Source: Eledone cirrhosa
Lineage: Eukaryota
Direction of reading: 5' to 3'
Length of the DNA stretch: 64,000 nt
NCBI GenBank assembly: GCA_964016885.1
Contig: OZ024743.1
Location: 5,208,001 to 5,272,000 of the forward strand
Positions 12,403 to 23,200 of the stretch are shown here, piece after piece; position 1 is the first letter of the stretch, and each line of letters opens with the position of its first letter. Under the pieces are notes generated by a model that saw only the letters and a list, made by a program, of their open reading frames with translations, was not told where the DNA came from and made no database searches. The translations under genes and the position numbers were made by a program.

Positions 12403-12641
12403 CAGTAGAACCTTGGTTCACGAACTTAATTCGTTCGTTCACCCGAAACATTTTTCATACGAAATGTTGAGAGAAAAATATAGCGTGAGTGAAAGACAGA
12501 TAGATATCACCACCGTAACTAACTACACAGCAAGTGACGCTTTCCCTCTGATATTCCAAACTTGTTGCCAGCTTGCGTGTTCATTACTCGAGACGTTTTT
12601 TTTATGTTCGGAAAAATTGTTCGTGAACCGAAGTTCTACTG
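12403..12641. mobile_element. Tigger/pogo-like MITE
   Basis: TA flanks; TIRs CAGTAGAACCTTGGTTCACGAAC / GTTCGTGAACCGAAGTTCTACTG. Confidence 0.8.
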
Positions 12642-13092
12642 TATATCGTTGTCAAAGTTATACATCTACATTAGCCACTATTTAATATGAGCTAATGGAA
12701 GAGCCTCTAAAACAGAAAATAGAAAACAATCCACTGACAAGACTCAAATTATAAACTTATGTATTGCTTGCAAAGGCGACCATCTTACTGATTACGTTAC
12801 ACGGAGTTCCTTAGATTTCATCCTCAACATCTCTAGACTAATTTATCGTCACAAGATGATACATCAGCAAGATAAGCTAATCTGCAGACTTATAAGCTTG
12901 TTCCTCTTTTCAGTCTTGAATATTATTTACATTAAGACCCTAACAGATAATTCTGTTTATATGTATACATACATATATATAATTATCGCCTCCATCTCTC
13001 TCATTGCTTATTTTACTGACGAATGTCATTAGAAGATTTAGATCACGGTAAGTTAAGTTCGAGCTTCAGTTACAATTTTTGTTGCCTTACAT

Positions 13093-13647
13093 CAGAAGTT
13101 CTCAATGTGGGCGTTACCGCCCCGGGGGGGGGGGTCCAGGGGGCGTTGGTGGAGAATAAAGAAAAAGAGGAGGGACGGAGAGGCTGTAAGTGTCATTCCA
13201 CCCAGACTTAGTACAATTCAACCTGAGATTGAGGGGCTACTTTCACTTCAACCAAACTCATCCTTCTCATTTAATCCTCGCTAAAAACCTATCTGGGTGG
13301 GCTGTTTTAGTGGTATACTATTGACTTCTTCACTATGCGATGGATTGGCAGTATCGGTAGAGGGTCGGACACCATGCTTTACACCAAAGAGTTACGTCCC
13401 TTTTTGATCTGAGTTCAAATCCCGCCGAGGTTAACTTTGCCTTTCATCCTTACGGGATCGATAAAATAAAATACCAGTAATGCACTGGGATAATTGCTGG
13501 CCTTGTGCCAAAAGTAGAAACAATTATTTTATTGAGTAAGAATAAACTTACGTTTATAGAAAGGTCTCTCGGAAATTGGGGTGGGGATGTTGAGGGTATT
13601 ATGCGGCTGTAAAGAGGGTGATGGTGCCAAAAGTTTGAGAACCTCTG
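13093..13647. mobile_element. hAT-like MITE carrying a nested SINE
   Basis: TIRs CAGAAGTTCTCAA / TTGAGAACCTCTG; 8-bp TSD CCTTACAT (13085-13092) / CTTTACAT (13648-13655). Confidence 0.78.
13341..13529 (+). mobile_element. tRNA-derived SINE, near full length
   Basis: A-box-like TGGCAGTATCGG, B-box GAGTTCAAATCCC, core GTTAACTTTGCCTTTCATCC...TCGATAAAATAAA, tail GTAGAAACAATTAT. Confidence 0.8.
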
Positions 13648-13756
13648 CTTTACATCTTTTTACTCACCAACAACCACGAGTTTGAATTTTTTTTTTAAAT
13701 TGATTTATATTTCTTACTACTGAAATATTTTCGTTTTGTAAGAAACCAAAGATTTG

Positions 13757-13945
13757 AAATAATTGTTTCTACTTTTGGCACAAGGCCGGCAATTATCCCA
13801 GTGTATTACTGGTACTTTATTTTATCGACCCCATAAGGATGAAAAGCAAAGTTAACCTCGGCAGAATTTGAACTCAGACTATAAAAGGCCGTAACTCTTT
13901 GCTGCAAAGCATGGCATCCGACCCTCTATCGATACTAGGAATCCT
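13757..13945 (-). mobile_element. tRNA-derived SINE, near full length, inverted relative to 13341-13529
   Basis: Reverse-complement match to the + copy over its whole length. Confidence 0.8.
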
Positions 13946-14895
13946 CCCATTTGAAATAATGAACTCGTCAACTCTCTATTCACGCAGTGTCCAAACAACT
14001 TTGTCCACAAGATCACAAATACTGGATGATGAACAGTAATTAAATGGTTTTAAATATCGTGTGTTCCCTAAAAATGTTGTTAGTCCGGAATAAGCTATGG
14101 GTTTCTCTTCACATAACAGTATTTTTCTAAGGGGAATGGGACATGCACCCTACAACTAGAAATCAAAATAAAGTAATTATTTCAACTTGTCTATTTATTT
14201 TCTTTTACAACATATCGTTTTCCAGTGTAGCTAGCAAAAACAAAAACTATTAAATTCCGCCATAGGGTAGTGGTTCGTGCAGGGCAGAAACCACAATTGT
14301 ATTCAAGGAAACTAGAAAGTTTTAATCTAAAAAAAAAAAAAAAAAAAAAAAAGAAACGAAGGAAAAATACTACGTAAGTGAAATGGTCATGTTTATTTTA
14401 AGACCTCAATTGACATGATAATAGCCCACAACCACTGCATCAGCGTCATGCTGCTCATTGCTGGCTTTTTGTTCAACTTGTTTCTCCATTTCTTTGCTAC
14501 TCGCCCACCCACTTTCTAGTACAGCCTTTACCCTATAACACCTTGGCTAGTTTATTTAGTTTTACACACATGTACCTTCCTGTTTCGTTCTTGACTGAAC
14601 CGGATTGAACAAATTCACTTTGATAATTTGTCTTTTTTTATTTTTACACCTTTTACAAAATACAAGCTACAAGACTTTAATCAAGGGTGGTCGAGTATTG
14701 AAAACTAGGGTGCTGGTTTATTAGGGAACCAGATAATTAAAGTACAAGAAAATTGGAGTATTGGAAAACTATCCGAGAATTCGGTCATTTGTATCTTTGC
14801 TATTGTCATTGCGTTGTATCCACACCTAGGACATATTCGATAATGGATGTTGGTGTTAACCTAAAAGTTGTGTAGATATCACATTATAGTACAAT

Positions 14896-15097
14896 CAGAT
14901 CTGCCAACCTCCAAAAACCCAAACAGGGAGTACCATGAAAAAAAGTGCCCCAAAACTGAGAAAAATAAGGCAAAATGGGGGGGGGGGGGATTTTACATTT
15001 TGAAAGCTATACCTCTTTTCACAAGAGAAGACATCTGTCACTCACCACAAAGTGGGTGGGAGATATCCCCGTCGGACGAGGAGAATTAATAGGTCTG
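14896..15097. mobile_element. MITE with CAGA(T/C)CTGCCAACC terminus, copy 1 (superfamily uncertain)
   Basis: Homologous to 18342-18509; flanked by an apparent 7-bp TSD, GTACAAT / GTACAGT. Confidence 0.65.
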
Positions 15098-15417
15098 GTA
15101 CAGTCGATGACAGTAAGCGACAATAGCAGTGTAAACAATCCTTATGTAGTTTGGTTATCTTGCAGTGCTAACTTCAATTCCTTCTCTAAATATGTCCTTG
15201 TCCTCTACTCTCTAAAGTACAGTAAACCTTATAACATTGACGAGGAGTATTCAGTTGTTCGATCAACTGGACGGTCAACTCCTAAATTAACGTGCACTCT
15301 CGAATCCCAAATAATAGGGGGGGGGGCTAGAATAAGTGGGGTGGGGGTCGGTAATTGTATAGTGTACGTTCGTAAATATGGGATTTCTTGTGATATTCTT
15401 TTTTATTTTGTCATATA

Positions 15418-15592
15418 CAGTGAAATTCCGTTATAAGGAAATTCACGGGGTATAAAAAAAATTCGCTGTAACGAAAAATTCTTTATAACGAGATCGATCT
15501 AACACATCGAGCTTGTGATCGGGATTGAAAAAAAATTTCGTTATACTGAAAAATTCGTTATAATGGTATTCGTTATAACGGAATTTGACCCG
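15418..15592. mobile_element. Tigger/pogo-like MITE, probably nested in an older element (~15296-15770)
   Basis: TA flanks; TIRs CAGTGAAATTCCGTTATAA / TTATAACGGAATTTGACCCG; internal CGTTATAA repeats. Confidence 0.72.
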
Positions 15593-16786
15593 TAATGTTT
15601 TTTATAAAATTATTATTAGATTCTTCAGCTGATGTATCGATAAGAATCACTTTCAATAAAATTTCGCCGGAGATAGATTAGCAAAATGTAATAAGCGTGG
15701 TTGTGGTGGTGGAAAAAAATCTGAAAACTTAATAGGGGGTGGGGGGTGGATTATTCAAGACCTTAGAGTAAGTGGTTGATTACAGGTACAATCCATCTGA
15801 CACAATTTCCGTCTAACCAAATTTCACTCACAAAGGTTGGGTCGATACAAAGCTATGCTAAAGACACAAATTGCGATATAAAATAAATATACAAACTCCT
15901 ATATAAATAAATACAATGCTGAATTCAACTCCCTACCCCCGTGGAAAAGTTACCTGCTATAAACTGACGTCGCTTTATTTAGTTAGTCATAGTAAATTTA
16001 TCTCCTACCCCAATGCCGGATCAGGTTAGTGCGGGACTTGTAACATAATACTAAATTATTAAAATATGTGATATAAAGATTAAATACATTATAGTACTTA
16101 GAAGCCCCAATCGGTCACTAATGTCCATGGTTTTGTACCTAGAAAGTTTCCCTCCGAGACACAAGCCTGGGCAAGGTTTGTTTTGTGGAAGACCAGCAGT
16201 CACCCATGCATACGAGTCACCCCTCTCCATGCCGCCGATGTTGTCCAAGGGAAAGGCAATGACAGATACAGCTTGGTACCAGTGACATCCAACTCATTTC
16301 TACAGCTGAGTAAACTGGAGCAACATGAAAGTTTCTTCTTCTCAATCAACCTTTTTCTATTTTTTTCTTTCTACTCTACCCTTTTATCAAGATGACTCTT
16401 GAGGGAGGGGGGGGGGGGATTTTATCACTCTTATCTTTATCTCTCTCATCGTATATCTTTTCTTTCCGTTTACCCACTATCTCTCTCAATCTAATAATAT
16501 CGTCCGAACCAAGGGAGAGCCTCCAGGTGGTATATCCATCTACTAGAAATAGCAGCTAGATTTAATTAAAACCCCACCTTATCGTTGTAAAATAAGAAAA
16601 CAAGACACTGTATAATGTACATCTAGATATAGTATGACTGAAAAAAAAAGACGGTATAGTCAAGGCCAGGATGCCTTTGGCTATATGTCTTACTTGATCG
16701 GAGTTAACCTGCGGTGAAGCAACTAATCTAATCTCACTGGTTCACACGAGAAGACATTGAAGAATCCAGCACTTTTATTATATACC

Positions 16787-16872
16787 GCTTTTGCTTACGG
16801 GGTCGATAAAATAGAGTACCAGTAATGCACTAGGTATTTGCTGGCCTTGTGCCTAAAGTAGAAACAATTATT
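16787..16872 (+). mobile_element. SINE 3' half (same family); other partial copies at ~17290-17430(-), ~18640-18720(-), ~18815-18885(+), ~19550-19700(-) and ~63535-63660(-)
   Basis: GGGGTCGATAAAATAGAGTACCAGTAATGCACT...GTAGAAACAATTAT. Confidence 0.7.
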
Positions 16873-18341
16873 AATCATTTACAACATCGTCGTTATGATC
16901 ATCATGACCAACAACATACCATCTTCTTTGTTTTCCATTCAATCCACCACCCCAGTTTTAGAAGTACTGATAAAACTGCTTCACTGGTGAGGTCTAATCA
17001 TATCGAAACATGTCCTGTGTTGTCAAAATAATTGCCAGTAATCAGATACACTCCTCGCAGTATTTTATTTGCCTGTTACCATTGAATCACAGCTCTATCC
17101 ATATATGGTCCCGTAACTCCCGATAGAGTCATAGGGACGCCGTATTGACATATGGCGTTTCTTGGGCATTTTAAGCCTGGCGGAGCCCATCCCTCCCCAG
17201 GTCTGAGTACAGCAGATTTCTTCCAGAGTAAAATAGAAAGTGAGAGAGGAAGTGAGAAAGAGATATAGAGGAAGTGTCGACTCCAATACTAGACTGGTAA
17301 TTTTTTTTTTTTATCGATCTCTAAAGGATGAAAGGCAAAGTTGACCTCAACGGGAGAGCAGAGAGCCGGAAGGAATACCATAAACCATTCTATCCAACGT
17401 TCTAACGACTCTGCCAATTCGCCGCCTGAATCACAGATCATCACCAGTTAAATGCGCTGGAAAGGGCATGTTAGGTGGGCGAATAATAAACATCTACAAA
17501 AACAGCCATTTTACGGCTAACCAGGATTTGGAAAGCGTCTGCAAAGTAAAACTAAGAAAAGACACGGCTGCATCAGTAATTATTTTAACGTGCTGTTAAC
17601 CTTTGCTTGTTTAGCTTTAAATCTAATTTTGCGCAGTAAGTTTACATTTTGTATCAAAATACTACATGTGTTTACATGGTAAAAGAGGGTTAAAAAACGT
17701 AAAACACCCATAAAATGATTAAAATAGCCATAACAATGGTTTCTTGGACTCAGAAAATATCAAACAGTGTCGTGGAACTAACCTCAAATATTTATATAGT
17801 TCTAACATTTCCTTAACAAAAACCCTGGACTACATAAAATATAAATTAAATATTCTAGGGATACATGTGTGATTGGAAAGTTTATCAGACTCCACCGGGA
17901 GTTACAGGTAAAATTAAAAACGAAAGTTTCACTGGTATTTATTTTATAGACCATCCACACTCACAAGCGATGAAAATCAAAGTCCATCTCGGCAAGATTT
18001 GAAATCAGAATATAAAAGGAAGAGAAACATTTTTGTCTGGCGCCTTTACCGACTGCTACAACAATAGAAATTATGATTTCTTAGATGATGGATCTTCCGT
18101 CGGCTTTGACGATGAGCATTGAGTCATTCGATACACTAAATGTCCGACTCGTGAACTAACGCGTGATAGGTTGAATATTCTATAGACACGTGTGTCTTTA
18201 ACGTATTTCTCAAGCATAAACAGTGTGACAAAAGTGGACCTTTGAATTACAAAAAACAATCCACTCGGCTGGCTCCCACACACTTTTCGTCAACCCAATG
18301 TTTTCTCAAAGTAGTTGGAGCCGTCCCAGGCTATGGTAAAG

Positions 18342-18509
18342 CAGACCTGCCAACCTCTAAAAACCCAAACGTGGAGTACCATGAAAAAAAAGTGCCCCAA
18401 AATGGGGAGAAATGAGGCAAAATGGCGAGATTTTACATAATGAAAGCTCTACCCATTTTCACAAAAACGAGGAGATCTCCTCGTCGGAGGGGGAGGGTTG
18501 GAAGATCTG
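18342..18509. mobile_element. MITE, copy 2 of the 14896-15097 family
   Basis: TIRs CAGACCTGCCAACC / GGTTGGAAGATCTG; shared internal GGAGTACCATGAAAAAAAGTGCCCCAAAA. Confidence 0.7.
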
Positions 18510-18903
18510 ATAAAGATACTTACTCAAGGGGCCATGCTATCTGAATGGAATATCATGATTATGAAGTGAACGTCTTAATCCACTCAGCTATGTGAAAGTT
18601 AGTGGGGTAGGGATTAGTTGATTATATGCTAGTCCTCGGTACTTAACTGATACTTTATTTTATCGACAAAGAAAAAGAAAAAAAGTTGGCCTCGATAGGA
18701 TTAGAAATGAGAACATAAAGGACTGTTGCTAAATATTGCTCAACTGATTCAGCAAATTTATACCAACTCAGTATAGAATTCCTCATTACTACACTGCCTT
18801 TCATCTTCTCGGGATCGATAAAATAAAGTACCGATCAAGTATTAGGGTCAATTTAATTGCGTCTAAATTAGAAACCATTATTAGCTCAATTGCTGATGGA
18901 GTT

Positions 18904-19043
18904 ATGATGATGACGAGGAAGAGGAGGGCGGCGACGATGATAACAATGACGATGATGGTCGTGACAGCGATGATGATGATGATGATGATCATGATGATGG
19001 TGATGGTGATGGTGGTGGTGGTGATGGTGGTGGTGGTGGTGGT
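18904..19043. repeat. Compound (GAT)n/(GGT)n trinucleotide microsatellite
   Basis: Direct reading. Confidence 0.9.
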
Positions 19044-19084
19044 TAGAGTGAAGATCCACCTCCAGCCATTCACATTCACCAGTC

Positions 19085-20212
19085 ACCTTTTTTTTGCTCC
19101 TAGCTTCTTTTTTTCTTTTCATTTATTTTTTCCAGTCTTTCAATTGTTTTTTTTATCTTTTTGTCATTTTTTCTGTCTTTTCTTTTTTCTTTCTTTCCGT
19201 CATTCTTTCTATTATTCATTCTTTTATCATTTTTCTTTCAAATCTTTCTTTCTTGCATTTTCTTTCTTTTCTTTTCTTTTTTTTCTGTCTGCTTCCATCT
19301 TTCTTTCTTATTCTTTCTTCCTTCTTTTCTTTCTTCCTTCCTTCCTTCCTTCCTTCCTACCTACCTTTCTTACATTTTCCTCCTTTTTCTTTCATTAATA
19401 CATGTTCTTTATTTTGTTGTTCTTTCTAAAAGAAAGAACAACAAAATAAAGAAACGAAAAGAAGAAGAACGAGGGAAGGAAATGAAGGAAAACAATAGAA
19501 AGTATATTGATGAAAGAAAATAAGAAAGAATAGCAGTGAGAGAAATAATGGTTTTTGATTTAGGCACAAAGCCAACAATTTGGTCGTGGAGAGGGTCGAT
19601 TAAAACGCCCAGCTCATAACTGGTATCTTATTTATCGACTCCGTAAAGATGAAAGGCAAAGCTAACCTCGGCGGGATTTGAACTCAGAACGTAAAAAGCT
19701 GTAACTACAGGGTGTCCCCCCAAAATGCATATATACTTCAACAGCATTCTAATAAATATTGCCTGTACAGGTAATCAACGTGTGTATACATTATTTTGGA
19801 ACAACCTGTATATACCGTAAAGAGGGAAGCTAAGAAAGATCGAAAGAAAATGAAAAAAATGAAAAAAGAAAATAGAAGGAAGAAAGGGGGAGGGGAAAAT
19901 GAAAGAAAGGGAGGGGAGCGAGAAAAAAGGAGAAAGAAATGATTCCTTCTTTCTTTCATCAATACATTTTCTATTGTTTTCCTTCATTTCCCTCTTTCTT
20001 CTTCATTTCTTTCTTTCCTTATTTCTTGCTTTTTTTACTTTCACTTAATTCTATTTCTATTTTCTCTCTATATTTTCTTCTTCTTTTCCTTCTCTCTTCG
20101 ATTAGTTTTCCTTTTTCTTCTTTTACCTCCTTTATTTTCTCGTTCTTTCTGTTATATTTACTTACCTTTTTCTTCATTCTTTCATTCTAGATTTCATTAT
20201 TTTTCTTCTTTT
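19085..20212. repeat. Polypyrimidine/polypurine low-complexity tracts of alternating polarity
   Basis: CT-rich 19085-19400, GA-rich 19430-19545, GA-rich 19820-19940, CT-rich 19945-20212. Confidence 0.85.
19708..19808. mobile_element. Tiny Tc1/mariner-type MITE; related truncated inverted copy at ~56516-56577
   Basis: TA-CAGGGTGTCCCC ... GGAACAACCTG-TA; internal TACTTCAACAGCATTCT appears as its reverse complement at ~56551-56567. Confidence 0.7.
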
Positions 20213-23200
20213 TGCTTCTTCCTTCCCTTTCTCTTCGTTCGATCTCCTTCGCCCGTTTAGTCTCTCTTCACTGCCCCACCACCTCGATCCTCCTTCTTTC
20301 TGCTTCTTCCTTCCCTTCTCTCTTCGTTCGATCTCCTTCGTCCGTTTAGTCTCTCTTCACTGCCCCACCACCTCCATCCTCGTTCGATCTCCTTCGTCCG
20401 TTTAGTCTCTCTACACTGCCCCACCACCACCATCCTCCTTCTTTCTGCTTCTTCCTTCCCTTTCTCTTCGTTCGATCTCCTTCGTCCGTTTAGTCTCTCT
20501 TCACTGCCAAACCACCTCCATCCTCCTTCTTTCTGCTTCTTCCTTCCCTTCTCTCTTCGTCCGTTTAGTCTCTCTTCACTGCCCCACCACCTCCATCCTC
20601 CTTCTTTCTGCTTCTTCCTTCCCTTCTCTCTTCGTTCGATCTCCTTCACCCGTTTAGTCTCTCTTCACTGCCCCACCACCTCCATCCTCCTTCTTTCTGC
20701 TTCTTCCTTCCCTTCTCTCTTCGTTCGATCTCCTTCGTCCGTTTAGTCTCTCTTCACTGCCCCACCACCTCCATCCTCCTTCTTTCTGCTTCTTCCTTCC
20801 CTTCTCTCTTCGTTCGATCTCCTTCACCCGTTTAGTCTCTCTTCACTGCCCCACCACCACCATCCTCCTTCTTTCTGCTTCTTCCTTCCCTTCTCTCTTC
20901 GTTCGATCTTCTTCACCCGTTTAGTCTCTCTTCACTGCCCCACCACCTCCATCCTCCTTCTTTCTGCTTCTTCCTTCCCTTCTCTCTTCGTTCGATCTCC
21001 TTCGTCCGTTTAGTCTCTCTTCACTGCCCCACCACCTCCATCCTCCTTCTTTCTGCTTCTTCCTTCCCTTCTCTCTTCGTTCGATTTCCTTCGTCCGTTT
21101 AGTCTCTCTTCACTGCCCCACCACCTCCATCCTCCTTCTTTCTGCTTCTTCCTTTCCTTCTCTCTTCGTTCGATCTCCTTCACCCGTTTAGTCTCTCTTC
21201 ACTGCCCCACCACCTCCATCCTCCTTCTTTCTGCTTCTTCCTTCCCTTTCTCTTCGTTCGATCTCCTTCGTCCGTTTAGTCTCTCTTCACTGCCCCACCA
21301 CCTCCATCCTCCTTCTTTCTGCTTCTTCCTTCCCTTCTCTCTTCGTTCGATCTCCTTCGTCCGTTTAGTCTCTCTTCACTGCCCCACCACCTCCATCCTC
21401 CTTCTTTCTGCTTCTTCCTTCCCTTCTCTCTTCGTTCGATCTCCTTCGTCCGTTTAGTCTCTCTTCACTGCCCCACCACCTCCATCTTCCTTCTTTCTGC
21501 TTCTTCCTTCCCTTCTCTCTTCGTTCGATCTCCTTCGTCCGTTTAGTCCCTCTTCACTGCCCCACCACCTCCATCCTCCTTCTTTCTGCTTCTTCCTTCC
21601 CTTCTCTCTTCGTTCGATCTCCTTCGTCCGTTTAGTCCCTCTTCACTGCCCCACCACCACCATCCTCCTTCTTTCTGCTTCTTCCTTCCCTTCTCTCTTC
21701 GTTCGATCTCCTTCGTCCGTTTAGTCCCTCTTCAATGCCCCACCACCACCATCCTCCTTCTTTCTGCTTCTTCCTTCCCTTCTCTCTTCGTTCGATCTCC
21801 TTCGTCCGTTTAGTCCCTCTTCACTGCCCCACCACCACCATCCTCCTTCTTTCTGCTTCTTCCTTCCCTTCTCTCTTCGTTCGATCTCCTTCGTCCGTTT
21901 AGTCTCTCTTCACTGCCCCACCACCACCATCCTCCTTCTTTCTGCTTCTTCCTTCCCTTCTCTCTTCGTTCGATCTCCTTCGTCCGTTTAGTCCCTCTTC
22001 ACTGCCCCACCACCTCCATCCTCCTTCTTTCTGCTTCTTCCTTCCCTTTCTCTTGGGTCGATCTCCTTCGTCCGTTTAGTCTCTTTTCACTGCCCCACCA
22101 CCTCCATCCTCCTTCTTTCTGCTTCTTCCTTCCCTTCTCTCTTCGTTCGATCTCCTTCACCCGTTTAGTCTCTCTTCACTGCCCCACCACCACCATCCTC
22201 CTTCTTTCTGCTTCTTCCTTCCCTTCTCTCTTCGTTCGATCTCCTTCGTCCGTTTAGTCTCTCTTCACTGCCCCACCACCTCCATCCTCCTTCTTTCTGC
22301 TTCTTCCTTCCCTTTCTCTTCGTTCGATCTCCTTCGTCCGTTTAGTCTCTCTTCACTGCCCCACCACCTCCATCCTCCTTCTTTCTGCTTCTTCCTTCCC
22401 TTCTCTCTTCGTTCGATCTCCTTCACCCGTTTAGTCTCTCTTCACTGCCCCACCACCACCATCCTCCTTCTTTCTGCTTCTTCCTTCCATTCTCTCTTCG
22501 TTCGATCTCCTTCGTCCGTTTAGTCTCTCTTCACTGCCCCACCACCTCCATCCTCCTTCTTTCTGCTTCTTCCTTCCCTTCTCTCTTCGTTCGATCTCCT
22601 TCACCCGTTTAGTCTCTCTTCACTGCCCCACCACCTCCATCCTCCTTCTTTCTGCTTCTTCCTTCCCTTCTCTCTTCATTCGATCGCCTTCGTCCGTTTA
22701 GTCTCTCTTCACTGCCCCACCACCTCCATCCTCCTTCTTTCTGCTTCTTCCTTCCCTTCTCTCTTCGTTCGATCTCCTTCACCCGTTTAGTCTCTCTTCA
22801 CTGCCCCACCACCTCCATCCTCCTTCTTTCTGCTTCTTCCTTCCCTTCTCTCTTCGTTCGATCTCCTTCGTCCGTTTAGTCTCTCTTCACTGCCCCACCA
22901 CCTCCATCCTCCTTCTTTCTGCTTCTTCCTTCCCTTCTCTCTTCGTTCGATTTCCTTCGTCCGTTTAGTCTCTCTTCACTGCCCCACCACCTCCATCCTC
23001 CTTCTTTCTGCTTCTTCCTTTCCTTCTCTCTTCGTTCGATCTCCTTCACCCGTTTAGTCTCTCTTCACTGCCCCACCACCTCCATCCTCCTTCTTTCTGC
23101 TTCTTCCTTCCCTTTCTCTTCGTTCGATCTCCTTCGTCCGTTTAGTCTCTCTTCACTGCCCCACCACCTCCATCCTCCTTCTTTCTGCTTCTTCCTTCCC

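Noticed and set aside
18801-20190. Poly-His/Met/Phe-rich ORFs
   Set aside because: Translations of microsatellite and CT-rich low-complexity DNA.
20720-20740. CENP-B box (monomer contains CTTCGTT)
   Set aside because: The rest of the box (A..CGGG) is absent.
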